Of a DNA stretch of 64,000 bases, positions 1 through 8,876 are shown in pieces. Position 1 is the stretch's first letter. Every line of letters starts with the position of its first letter. The stretch covers positions 527,695-591,694 of the forward strand of contig JADJGV010000002.1 in assembly GCA_016707895.1 (NCBI GenBank), read 5' to 3'. The stretch comes from Myxococcales bacterium. Lineage in GTDB: Bacteria > Myxococcota_A > Polyangia > Haliangiales > Haliangiaceae. The translations under genes were made by a program, and so were the position numbers. The notes beneath the pieces were generated by a model, which made no database searches, was not told the origin of the DNA, and saw only the letters and a list, made by a program, of their open reading frames with translations.

Positions 1-1
1 C

Positions 2-610
2 GTCGAGCAGGCGGTGCTGCCGACCCACGAGCCCAGCCTGTCGCTCTTGCCGCGCGGCCGGCTCGATCCGGTCGACGTGTGCGAGCTCGAGCTGATGCTG
101 CACGCGCCGGGGCGGCTCGAGGCGGTGCTGGCCGAGGCCGACGCCGGCTTCGACCTGACGCTGATCGACACACCGTCGGGGCTGGGCATGCCGACCCGCG
201 CGGCGCTGCGGGTCGCCGACTACGTGCTGGTGCCGCTGCAGACCGAGCGCCTGGCGCTGCGGTCGGTCGCGCAGCTGCTGCGCGTGATCGAGCACGTCAA
301 GGCCACCGACAACCCGCGGCTCGAGCTGCTCGGGGTGCTGGCGACGATGGCCGACAAGACCAGCGAGCCGTCGGTGGCGGTGCTGGTCGACGCGTGGAAC
401 GACCTGACCGCGGTGCTCGACACGATCGTCCCGCGCCACGGCGCGTTCGCGCAGGCGAGCGAGGCCGGGATCCCGCTCGGCTTCCTGGGCGGCGCGCCGT
501 CGCCCGAGGCCCGCCGCTTCGACATGCTGGCCGAGGAGGTCGAGGTCACGATGGCCCGCCTCGGTGGAAAGGAGCTCGGTCATGACCGCCCGCGCCGTTC
601 CCTCCTCTGA
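2..610 (+). CDS. ParA/MinD-family P-loop ATPase, 5'-truncated at window edge (C-terminal ~200 aa present)
   Basis: ORF 14..610 stays open in-frame back to position 2. Motif layout ...LIDTPSGLG...ADYVLVPLQTE...LALRSV... is typical of deviant-Walker ParA/Soj ATPases. Strong GC3 bias. Confidence 0.55.
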   Translation, partial: VEQAVLPTHEPSLSLLPRGRLDPVDVCELELMLHAPGRLEAVLAEADAGFDLTLIDTPSGLGMPTRAALRVADYVLVPLQTERLALRSVAQLLRVIEHVKATDNPRLELLGVLATMADKTSEPSVAVLVDAWNDLTAVLDTIVPRHGAFAQASEAGIPLGFLGGAPSPEARRFDMLAEEVEVTMARLGGKELGHDRPRRSLL

Positions 611-1145
611 TCGCCAGGCGCTGCGCGCGCTGGCCCGCCGCCTCCGCCCCGAGGCGGCGACCAGCCGCCTGCCGACGCTGCCGGAGCCGAGCTTCGTCCG
701 CCTGTCGGCGCCGCCGCTCCCGACGCCCGCGGCGGGGCCCGCGCCCGCGCCGGTCGCCCGCACGCTGCCGGCGCCGCCCGATGACCTGGCCGGCTCGGGC
801 GGCTGGGGCCGGCTGATCGAGTGGTGCGTCGTCGACCTCGGCGTCGACTCGGCGATCCTCACCGACGACCGCGGCCTGGTCATCGCCAGCGCCGGGCTGG
901 TCGATCTCGACGACGCGCAGGGCATCGCCGCCCGCCTGGTGATCGCGTTCCACCAGGCCGACCGCATGGGCACGGCGCGCTCGCCGTCGATGGCGATCCA
1001 GCTGGCGACCGGCTGGCTCACCGGGCTGCGCATCGAGAACGGCGGCGACCCGGTGACCCTGGGCATCATGGCGGCGCGCCCGCTCGACGACACGATCCGC
1101 GACGTGCTGGTGGCGGCGATCGCGCACAAGCTGCGCGACGGCTGA
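582..1145 (+). CDS. Roadblock/LC7-domain protein (MglB-like fold), overlaps end of ParA-like gene
   Basis: ATG at 582 is preceded by GGAG 8 nt upstream. Segment AILTDDRGLVIASAGLVDLDDAQGIAARL resembles the roadblock/LC7 core. Lies within ORF 564..1145. Confidence 0.5.
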   Translation: MTARAVPSSDRQALRALARRLRPEAATSRLPTLPEPSFVRLSAPPLPTPAAGPAPAPVARTLPAPPDDLAGSGGWGRLIEWCVVDLGVDSAILTDDRGLVIASAGLVDLDDAQGIAARLVIAFHQADRMGTARSPSMAIQLATGWLTGLRIENGGDPVTLGIMAARPLDDTIRDVLVAAIAHKLRDG

Positions 1146-1156
1146 GCCTTCGAGGC

Positions 1157-2242
1157 TCACCCCTTGGCTTGCCGGATCAACCGCACGTAGGCCTCGGACG
1201 CGCGCACCGCGAGCTCGTTGAGCTCGTCGACGTGGCTGCCCTCGAACCGCTCGCCGCGCGGGTGCGCGTAGATCAGGTTGACCGCGCGGTTGCGCACCGC
1301 CACCGGCGCGACCGCGACCTCGGCCGCGGCCGGCACCGCGAGGAACTCCCACAGCGCCTTCTCGGTCGGCGCGGCGGCGGCCGGCGGCTTGCCGCGGAAC
1401 GGGCGCAGGTCGTCGTTGGCGCACTGCAACGACGAGGTCCCGCCGATCGGCAGGGACAGCGCGCTCACCGGCTGGGCCAGCGGCCGCTCGGTGAACGCCC
1501 GCCAGCCGAGCGCGTTGCCGTCGCGCACCAGGAACAGCACCAGCGCCGGGAACCGGCCCTCGGCGAACGCCAGCAGCGTCGTCGCGATCGCGTCGCGGTG
1601 GATCGCGGCGTCGATGCGATCGCACGCGTCGGTGAACGCCAGCGCGGGCGTCGGCGCTGGCTCGGGCTCGACGATCACGTTGCCGCTCTTGCGGCGCGGC
1701 TCGAGCCGCACCGGCGGCGGCGTGACGATGCCGCCCGCGGGCTGGGTCTTGCGGCGGTCGACGCTGCCGACGCTCTTGCGCGTCCCCGGGCGCACGAAGC
1801 GCGCCTGCCGCGGCAGGCCGTAGTGCTTCTCCAGGTAGTACAGCGCGCGCAGCTCCGAGACGATGTACGGCGTGATCTCGAGGCCGGTCTGATCGGCCAG
1901 CTGATCGACCGCGTGCTCGTCGCGGGGATCGATCATCGCCACCGCCAGCGTGTCCATGAACGGCGGCTGGTGGCCCAGCGGGATCGCGCCCAGCGTCTGC
2001 GCGGTGCGGGCGCTGATCTGGTTGATCGCCTCGGGCGGCGCGGCGTCGAGCAGCGCCCGGGTCGCGACCGGGATCTGGTACAGCTCGCCGAGCTGATCGC
2101 CCAGCGTGTCGATGTCGAGGAAGCCCAGCTCGACCAGGTTGGTGCCCAGGCGACCGCCGTACAGCACCTGCGTGCGCAGCCCGCCTTCGAGCTGCGACAG
2201 CGAGATCGCCGCGTTGCGCAGGAGCAACGTGCCGAGCTTCAT
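1157..2242 (-). CDS. Type II secretion system protein E N-terminal (GspE_N/MshEN-like) domain protein
   Basis: N-terminus MKLGTLLLRNAAISLSQLEGGLRTQVLYGGRLGTNLVELGFLD matches the GspE N-terminal domain pattern. Clean codon usage. Confidence 0.5.
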   Translation of the reverse strand: MKLGTLLLRNAAISLSQLEGGLRTQVLYGGRLGTNLVELGFLDIDTLGDQLGELYQIPVATRALLDAAPPEAINQISARTAQTLGAIPLGHQPPFMDTLAVAMIDPRDEHAVDQLADQTGLEITPYIVSELRALYYLEKHYGLPRQARFVRPGTRKSVGSVDRRKTQPAGGIVTPPPVRLEPRRKSGNVIVEPEPAPTPALAFTDACDRIDAAIHRDAIATTLLAFAEGRFPALVLFLVRDGNALGWRAFTERPLAQPVSALSLPIGGTSSLQCANDDLRPFRGKPPAAAAPTEKALWEFLAVPAAAEVAVAPVAVRNRAVNLIYAHPRGERFEGSHVDELNELAVRASEAYVRLIRQAKG

Positions 2243-2278
2243 CGAAGCGCCGAGCGTCCCCCGCCGATGGCCGGGGCG

Positions 2279-2956
2279 TCAAGTCGCGTAGCGCGTCGGG
2301 TCGACGACGCCGGCCTCGGCGAAACCTTTGCGCCGCAGGTGGCAGGCGTCGCAGCGGCCGCAGGCGCGGTCGTCGATCGGGTCGTAGCAGGAGTGGGTCA
2401 GGCCGTAGTCGACCCCGAGCCGGGCGCCGGCCAGGATGATCTCGGCCTTGGTCATGGCGATCAGCGGCGCGCGCACCCGGAAGCCGCCGCCGCGGGTCGC
2501 GACCTGGGCCAGCGCCTGGAACGCGTCGATGAACGCCGGCCGGCAGTCGGGGTAGCCGCTGGCGTCGAGGACGTTGACCCCGACGAAGATGTCCTGGGCG
2601 CCAAGGGTCTCGGCCCAGGCCAGCGCCAGGGCCAGCAGCACCGTGTTGCGGGCCGGCACGTAGGTCACCGGCACGTCGCCGGGCGCGCCGATCTCGGCCA
2701 GCGAGCGATCCTTGGGCACCGCCAGGTCGGGGCTGGTCAGCGCCGACCGAGCCAGCGGCGCCAGGTCGAGGGTCAGCACGCGGTGCTCGGCGGCGCCCAG
2801 CGCGGCGGCGACCCGGGCGGCCGCGGCCAGCTCGCAGGCGTGGAGCTGGCCGTAGCGCACGGTCAGCGCGTGGCAGGTGAGGCCCTCGGCGCGCGCCATC
2901 GCCAGCGCGGTGGTCGAGTCGAGGCCGCCCGACAGGAGGACGACAGCAGATGGCAT
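2279..2956 (-). CDS. queC: 7-cyano-7-deazaguanine synthase QueC
   Basis: PP-loop SGGLDS at the N-terminus, C-terminal zinc cluster [14 protein letters not shown], and a length of 225 aa. Confidence 0.9.
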   Translation of the reverse strand: MPSAVVLLSGGLDSTTALAMARAEGLTCHALTVRYGQLHACELAAAARVAAALGAAEHRVLTLDLAPLARSALTSPDLAVPKDRSLAEIGAPGDVPVTYVPARNTVLLALALAWAETLGAQDIFVGVNVLDASGYPDCRPAFIDAFQALAQVATRGGGFRVRAPLIAMTKAEIILAGARLGVDYGLTHSCYDPIDDRACGRCDACHLRRKGFAEAGVVDPTRYAT

Positions 2957-2997
2957 CGGCCTCTTGTAGCACCGGGCCGGCGCTGTAGGCTGCGCCG

Positions 2998-4530
2998 GTG
3001 TCCACCGCCCGCGCCCGCGCCGAGCTCGTGGCCCCGTGGCTGGCGGTGGCGGCGCTGGTCGCGTGGTCGGCGTGGCACCGCTGGCAGGTGCTCACCGCGT
3101 CGCCGCACCCGGTCGGGATCGACGGCTACTTCTACGCCATCCAGGTGCGCTCGCTCCTCGAGCGCGGCGGGCTGGCGTACCCCGCCGCGCCGCTGACGTT
3201 CTACCTGATGGCCGCGCTGGCCCACGTCACCGACGTGATCACCAGCGTCAAGCTGGTCGCGGCGATCGGCGGCGCGCTGGCGATCGCGCCCGCGTTCGCG
3301 ATCGGCCGGCGGCTGGGCGGCGTCGCCGGCGGGCTGACCGCCGCGGTCGTGATCGCCACCAGCGGCGGCTCGTTCTACCTGTCGCTGGAGTTCGTCAAGA
3401 ACGGCGTGGGCGTGACGATGGCGCTGACCGCGGTGTGGCTGGGGCTGCGCGCGCTGGAGGCCCCGACCCGCGCGGCGATCGCGCTGGCGGTCGCCGCGGC
3501 GATCGCGGCGGTGGCGACCCACAAGATGGCGGCGGCGCTGGTGGTGGCGCTGCTGGCGCCGGCGATCGTCGTCGAGCTGCGCGCGCGCTGGGGCCCGGCC
3601 CGGGCGCGGCGGGCGGCGGCGGTGGCCGGCGGTGCGCTGGCGCTGGCGGCGATCGCGCTCGGCGCGCTGGCGCCCGCGCGCTTCATCGCCGGCCGCGACC
3701 TGGCCGAGCTGCGCGCGGCGCTGGGCGGCGACCCGCGCTGGTCGCTGCCCGCGATGTACGTGCCGCACCCGGGCGGCCGCGACTACGTGCTCGCGCTGGG
3801 CGACCAGACCCGGATCGCGCTGGCGCTGGCGCTGATCGCGATCGGCCTGGCGGTCGCCGCGCGGTTCACGACCCGGCTGGCCGCCGCCGCCCGGCCCGCC
3901 GATCGCGCCGCGGCGTGGAGCGCGGTCGCGGTGGTGCTGATCACCGCGATCCCGGTGCTGGCGATCGCCAACCCCGACGGCATCGGCTTCCGGCTGCGGG
4001 TCGCGGTGTTCGCCCCGGCGGCGCTGGTCGCGGCGATCGTCGTCGGCCGCGCCACCGCGGGGCTGGCGCCGGCGCTGCGCCTCGCGGTGATCGCGCCGAT
4101 GCTGCTGGTGCGGCTGTGGGTGGTCGACGCCGCGCCGCGCGAGGGCGTGGTCTACGCGCACCCGGCGATGGTCGCGGCGATGGTCGCGGTGCCGGGCCGG
4201 CTGCCGCCCGACGCGGTGGTCATCACGTCGGAGCGCCACCTCGGCTTCATGGTCGCGTGGTACGCGCGGGTGCCGGTGCGGATGCGCCCCGGCCCGGTGC
4301 CGCCGGCGCGGCGCTGGCGGCTGCTGGCCGGCAACCTGATCGGCCTGGGCTCGCCGCTCGACAAGGCGCTGCGCGCCGCCCACGATCGCCCGGGCCTGGT
4401 GGCGCCGGTCAGCACCCACCCGCGCGACCCCAGCGGCCTGGTGCTGGTGCCCGAGGCCACCTGGGACTGGGTGCTGACCCAGGTGCCGCCCAAGCTGGCC
4501 GCCTACTGGCGGCGCTGGCCGACGCGGTAA
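2998..4530 (+). CDS. Polytopic membrane protein, GT-C/glycosyltransferase family 39-like (ArnT/PMT-like)
   Basis: About 12 hydrophobic helices rich in A/L/V. The N-terminal loop [15 protein letters not shown] resembles GT-C fold mannosyltransferases. Assigned from composition and topology only. Confidence 0.4.
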   Translation: MSTARARAELVAPWLAVAALVAWSAWHRWQVLTASPHPVGIDGYFYAIQVRSLLERGGLAYPAAPLTFYLMAALAHVTDVITSVKLVAAIGGALAIAPAFAIGRRLGGVAGGLTAAVVIATSGGSFYLSLEFVKNGVGVTMALTAVWLGLRALEAPTRAAIALAVAAAIAAVATHKMAAALVVALLAPAIVVELRARWGPARARRAAAVAGGALALAAIALGALAPARFIAGRDLAELRAALGGDPRWSLPAMYVPHPGGRDYVLALGDQTRIALALALIAIGLAVAARFTTRLAAAARPADRAAAWSAVAVVLITAIPVLAIANPDGIGFRLRVAVFAPAALVAAIVVGRATAGLAPALRLAVIAPMLLVRLWVVDAAPREGVVYAHPAMVAAMVAVPGRLPPDAVVITSERHLGFMVAWYARVPVRMRPGPVPPARRWRLLAGNLIGLGSPLDKALRAAHDRPGLVAPVSTHPRDPSGLVLVPEATWDWVLTQVPPKLAAYWRRWPTR

Positions 4531-4541
4531 CCGCTGGCGCG

Positions 4542-5987
4542 CTACTCGTGGCCGATGCGGAAGCGCACCGCGCCGGTCGCGTCGTCGAGCGCGGTCAGCG
4601 CGTCGCCGGTCGACACCAGCACCACGCCGTCGGCGGCGACCAGGCCGCGGAGGCCCGGGATGCCGCGCGGGCGCAGCCGCATCTCGACGTCCCACCGCCG
4701 CGCGCCGTCGGTCAGGGCGAACGCCGCCACGCGGTACGGGCCGCTGCCGTGCTGGTAGGCCACGAACACCGTCGCGTCGGACAGCGCCACGTGCTTGTCG
4801 TCGGCGCGGGCGGTCAGCGGGTCGCTGGCCGGGACCTCCACGGCCCAGCGCGGCCGCTTGCCGTCGAGCCGCGCCACCATCGGCACCGGGGTGCCGGGTG
4901 ACCTGTCGCCGACCGCCACGATCGGCCCGCCGGGGTGCCGCACCAGGCGCCGCGACGTCATGCCGTCGATCGCGGGCAGCGTCTCCCAGCTATCGATCGA
5001 CGTGACCCCCGCCGGCGCGCGCCAGGTGCGGTTGTCGATCTGCGCGCAGAGATCGGGCGCGCCTTCGGGGCCGAGCGCCAGGAACCGCGCGAGCCCCTTG
5101 AACTGGAACTCGTGGGGGCGGTCGAAGCGCAGGCGCGGCGTGCTCGGCTGCTTGCCGCCGGCGGCGTCGAGCGCCCACCAGCGATCGTCGGCCGCCGCCA
5201 CCAGCGCGGTCGTCGGCGCGTCGCCGGCGCAGAACGTCTCGACCTTCTCCCCGATCGCGACCGTCCACGCCGGGGCGCCGGTGCGGCGATCGAACCCGCG
5301 CACCTGCCCGTCGATCGAGGCGAGCAACACGTGCGAGGCGGTGAGGGCGAGCGGCGCCTGGTTGGCGTCGCTGAACGTGCCCACCCGCTCGGTCTGCCAC
5401 CGCAGCGCCCCGGTGTCGCCCGCGAACGCCGCGATGCTGGCGCGGTCGCCGTCGTCGACGTAGCGCACCAACCCGACCACGTCGCGGGTCCCGTCGCCAT
5501 CGAGGTCGGCGAGCAGCGGCACGTCGAGGCCCCACCACAGCTCCGGCTGGCCCGCCCGCGCGGCCGCGGCCTGATCAGATTTGATCGCCCCGCCCCGCGA
5601 CCGCGCCCGGAGCGCCGCGAAGGCGACCAGCCCCGCCATCAGCACCACCGGGACGAGCACGAGCGGCAGGAAGCCTGCCGGCGAGACCCGCTGGCGCGCG
5701 ACCTGGTAGTCCGGGGACGGCGTCGGCGGCAGCGGCCGGGGCACCTGGAGGATCCGGCTGCGGCGCTGGATCTGCGCCGGCTTGCCGCAGTACTGACAGC
5801 TCACGCTGACCGCGTCCCCGGGGACCGTCAGCGACGCTCCGCAATGCGGGCAGGCGACGGCGATCGCGCGCACGCCCGACCGTACCGCGGATCGCCTGGG
5901 ACGTCCCGCGACAGGCATCGTCCCAGCGAGGCGCCGACGCATCGCGGAAGCCAGTGACGGTGGCCTTGCAATCGGCGGGACTTCCAT
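4542..5987 (-). CDS. Zinc-ribbon + TM + PQQ-like beta-propeller repeat protein
   Basis: N-terminal CPHCG...CQYCG zinc ribbon, then a hydrophobic segment, then repeated ...DG..RWxxxxG... beta-propeller blades (BamB/PQQ-like). True start may be an internal Met. Confidence 0.5.
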   Translation of the reverse strand: MEVPPIARPPSLASAMRRRLAGTMPVAGRPRRSAVRSGVRAIAVACPHCGASLTVPGDAVSVSCQYCGKPAQIQRRSRILQVPRPLPPTPSPDYQVARQRVSPAGFLPLVLVPVVLMAGLVAFAALRARSRGGAIKSDQAAAARAGQPELWWGLDVPLLADLDGDGTRDVVGLVRYVDDGDRASIAAFAGDTGALRWQTERVGTFSDANQAPLALTASHVLLASIDGQVRGFDRRTGAPAWTVAIGEKVETFCAGDAPTTALVAAADDRWWALDAAGGKQPSTPRLRFDRPHEFQFKGLARFLALGPEGAPDLCAQIDNRTWRAPAGVTSIDSWETLPAIDGMTSRRLVRHPGGPIVAVGDRSPGTPVPMVARLDGKRPRWAVEVPASDPLTARADDKHVALSDATVFVAYQHGSGPYRVAAFALTDGARRWDVEMRLRPRGIPGLRGLVAADGVVLVSTGDALTALDDATGAVRFRIGHE

Positions 5988-6001
5988 GAAGATCCCCGCC
6001 C

Positions 6002-8755
6002 ATGCAGCTCGCCCGATTCCTACCCGCGGCGCTCGTCACCGCCGCGACGCTGATCGCGTGCAACCCCGAGGTCCCCAAGACCACGTTCGTCTACGGGGAG
6101 AAGCGCGGGACGCTCACGTCCAACGGCCTGCGCTTCGTGATCATGCCCGACAAGACGACGTCGCTGGTCGAGGTCGACGTGCGCTACGAGGTCGGCTCGC
6201 GCGAGGACCCCGAGGGCAAGGCCGGCATCGCCCACCTCGTCGAGCACATGATGTTCCAGCAGAAGCCGGACGGGCCCGACACCCAGCCGCTGATGCACTC
6301 GATCGGGCAGCTGACCAGCTTCTTCAACGCGTACACCAACTGGGACACCACCCACTACATGATGCAGGGCCGGGTCGACCGCATGGACGACCTGATCAAG
6401 ATCGAGGCGATGCGGATGCACTTCCGCTGCCAGACGATCAGCGAGGACGAGTTCCTGCGCGAGCGCGAGGTGGTGCGCAACGAGATCCGCCAGCGCGGCG
6501 GCACGCCCGAGGGGCGCATCCCCGATCTGATCCTCGAGCAGGTCTACCCGCAGCGCCACGCGTACTCGCGGATGATCGGTGGCGACGACGCCAACCTGAC
6601 GAACATCACGCTCAAGGACGTCTGCGACTTCATGGACAAGTACTACACGCCGGACCGCGCGACGGTGATCGTCGCGGGCGGGATGGACGTGGACGCGGCC
6701 ACCGCGTCGATCCAGAAGTGGTTCGGCGGGCTGGAGAAGCGGGTCGGCGGCCCGCGGGTCGAGGTCGCGCCGGTGACCAGCGTCACCGCCGGCCGCGCCG
6801 AGTACGACCTCGACATCGAGCGCCCGTACGTCGTGGTGACCTGGCCGCTGCCGGCGGCCAACACGCCCGAGGGCCGCGCGGTGCAGTACGGCATCAACCG
6901 GGCGTGGATCGAGACCGCCGGGCAGGCGTTCGACTACGGCTTCGCGTACGACGTCACCCCGCAGATCCTCGGCGGCGAGGAGGCGCCGGTGTTCAGCGTG
7001 ATCATCGAGCTGAAGGGCATCGACAAGATGGGCGAGGCGCTGGAGTTCGTGAAGAAGGCGGCGGCCAAGGCCCACCGCAACTTCGACGACGCGAACTGGC
7101 AGCAGACCGAGGACTTCAAGGCGCGCACCTCGGCGAACTTCCTCCGCCAGCTCGAGACGCTGGCGGCCCGCACGACGACGATGGGCGACGCGATCCAGTT
7201 CGACACCGAGACCGACTTCGCCTCGCAGGACCTGTACCTGATCAACCAGCTCGAGCGGATCCAGAAGTTCGACGGCGGGCTGATCGAGCGCTCGACCAAG
7301 AAGGCGCTGGCCTGGGACCAGGCCAAGATCATCGTGTTCAAGGCCAGCAAGTCGGGCATCCACGGCGACCGCCGGGCCAAGGTCACCTTCCAGACCAAGA
7401 GCCACGACAAGCGCGAGATCCCCGAGGTCGACCCCCGCGAGGCCAAGGTGCCGCTGAAGGTCGCGGCCGACATGCCGGTGTTCGACCGGGTCGAGCGCTA
7501 CCAGCTGGGCAACGGCATGAACGTCGTGCTCCTGCCGATCGAGTCGCCGATGCCGCTGGTGTCGGCGATCCTGATGTTCAACGTCGGCGACGCGCACTCG
7601 GACTCGGTGCCGGGCCTGGCCGACGCGGCGGCGGCGTTCCTGTCGCCGGCGCTCGACTCCGACGCGCTGCAACGCATCGGCATCGGCATCAACGGCTTCA
7701 CCAGCGCCGACCACACGATGTTCGCGGCCAGCGGCCTCGACATCTACCTCGGGCCGATGCTGAAGGGCATGGAGCGACTGATCACGGCGGGCGTCTACAG
7801 CCAGGAGCAGGTCGAGGGCTGGCGCAAGCAGCTCAAGGAGCGCTTCAAGCGCAAGGACTACCAGGTCGACGTCGAGTACCAGCGCCAGATCTACACCGCG
7901 CTGTACGGCGCCGATCACCCGTACACCAAGGGCGCGGTGCTGAGCCCCGAGTCGGCCAACGGCATCGGCCAGGACCGGCTGATGTCGTTCAAGGGCGAGC
8001 ACTACTCGGCCGGCAACGCGACGCTGATCGTCGTCGGCAAGTTCGACCTGGCCAAGGCCCGCTCGACGATCTCGGATCAGTTCGGTGGCTGGGGCAAGGG
8101 CCACGTCGACCAGCCGATCGGCCCGACGCCGCGCCCGCGCACCGGCCCCGAGTACATCGGCGTGGTCAGCGTCGAGAACCCGCAGGTCACGGTGACGATC
8201 GGCTACCCGGCGCCGGCCGGCATCGACGCCCAGGAGGCCGCGCGCCGCGTGCTCGCCGAGATGCTCAACACCCGCATGGGTGACATCCGCTTCAAGCTGG
8301 GCGCGACCTACGGCACCTACGCCCGCCGCCAGACCCAGATCGGCCCGGCGGCCTACACGATGGGCGGCAACGTCGACGCGCCGCGCGCCGGTGAGGCGAT
8401 CAAGGCGATGCGCGACGGCGTCGAGATGCTGCGCGCCGGCACGACGTTCGACATCGACTTCGTGCGGGCCCGCCGCGCGCTGATCGAGGACCTGCTGGCG
8501 CAGTCGACGGTGTCGAGCGAGCTGGCCCAGCGGCTGGCGACGATGGCGCGGTTTGGCCTCAAGCCCGACTACTACAAGCAGCTGGTCAAGCAGATCGCCG
8601 CGGTGTCGCCGGCGCAGGTGCGCATGCTGCTGACCAACGAGCTCGACCCCAAGGGCGAGCTCATCGTGTGCCAGGGCGACCGGCCGTCGCTGGAGAAGGC
8701 CTTCGCCGACGCCGGCATCGATCAGGTCAAGCTGATCGAGCCCGACTACAAGTAG
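6002..8755 (+). CDS. M16 family zinc peptidase (pitrilysin/insulinase-like), lipoprotein, two M16 modules
   Basis: Inverted zinc motif HLVEHMMFQ (HxxEH) is present. Lipobox LIAC follows the signal peptide. The 917-aa length fits a tandem M16 pair. Confidence 0.85.
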   Translation: MQLARFLPAALVTAATLIACNPEVPKTTFVYGEKRGTLTSNGLRFVIMPDKTTSLVEVDVRYEVGSREDPEGKAGIAHLVEHMMFQQKPDGPDTQPLMHSIGQLTSFFNAYTNWDTTHYMMQGRVDRMDDLIKIEAMRMHFRCQTISEDEFLREREVVRNEIRQRGGTPEGRIPDLILEQVYPQRHAYSRMIGGDDANLTNITLKDVCDFMDKYYTPDRATVIVAGGMDVDAATASIQKWFGGLEKRVGGPRVEVAPVTSVTAGRAEYDLDIERPYVVVTWPLPAANTPEGRAVQYGINRAWIETAGQAFDYGFAYDVTPQILGGEEAPVFSVIIELKGIDKMGEALEFVKKAAAKAHRNFDDANWQQTEDFKARTSANFLRQLETLAARTTTMGDAIQFDTETDFASQDLYLINQLERIQKFDGGLIERSTKKALAWDQAKIIVFKASKSGIHGDRRAKVTFQTKSHDKREIPEVDPREAKVPLKVAADMPVFDRVERYQLGNGMNVVLLPIESPMPLVSAILMFNVGDAHSDSVPGLADAAAAFLSPALDSDALQRIGIGINGFTSADHTMFAASGLDIYLGPMLKGMERLITAGVYSQEQVEGWRKQLKERFKRKDYQVDVEYQRQIYTALYGADHPYTKGAVLSPESANGIGQDRLMSFKGEHYSAGNATLIVVGKFDLAKARSTISDQFGGWGKGHVDQPIGPTPRPRTGPEYIGVVSVENPQVTVTIGYPAPAGIDAQEAARRVLAEMLNTRMGDIRFKLGATYGTYARRQTQIGPAAYTMGGNVDAPRAGEAIKAMRDGVEMLRAGTTFDIDFVRARRALIEDLLAQSTVSSELAQRLATMARFGLKPDYYKQLVKQIAAVSPAQVRMLLTNELDPKGELIVCQGDRPSLEKAFADAGIDQVKLIEPDYK

Positions 8756-8876
8756 AGGGTTTGTCGCCAAACCCAGGGTGAGGGAGGTGGGGAGCCGGTC
8801 CGCGCGCACCGCGACCGCTTGATGGGGACGTCCCCGATGGGGCCCCCACCCAAGACGCGAGACACCTGGCGGGGCA

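Noticed and set aside
546-3095. 849-aa minus-strand ORF, R/G/A/P-rich
   Set aside because: Low-complexity Arg-rich translation that is antisense or out of frame to queC, the roadblock gene and the GspE-N gene. Typical GC-rich frame artefact.
6020-8809. 929-aa minus-strand ORF
   Set aside because: Antisense to the M16 peptidase, which is supported by its HxxEH motif. Junk composition.
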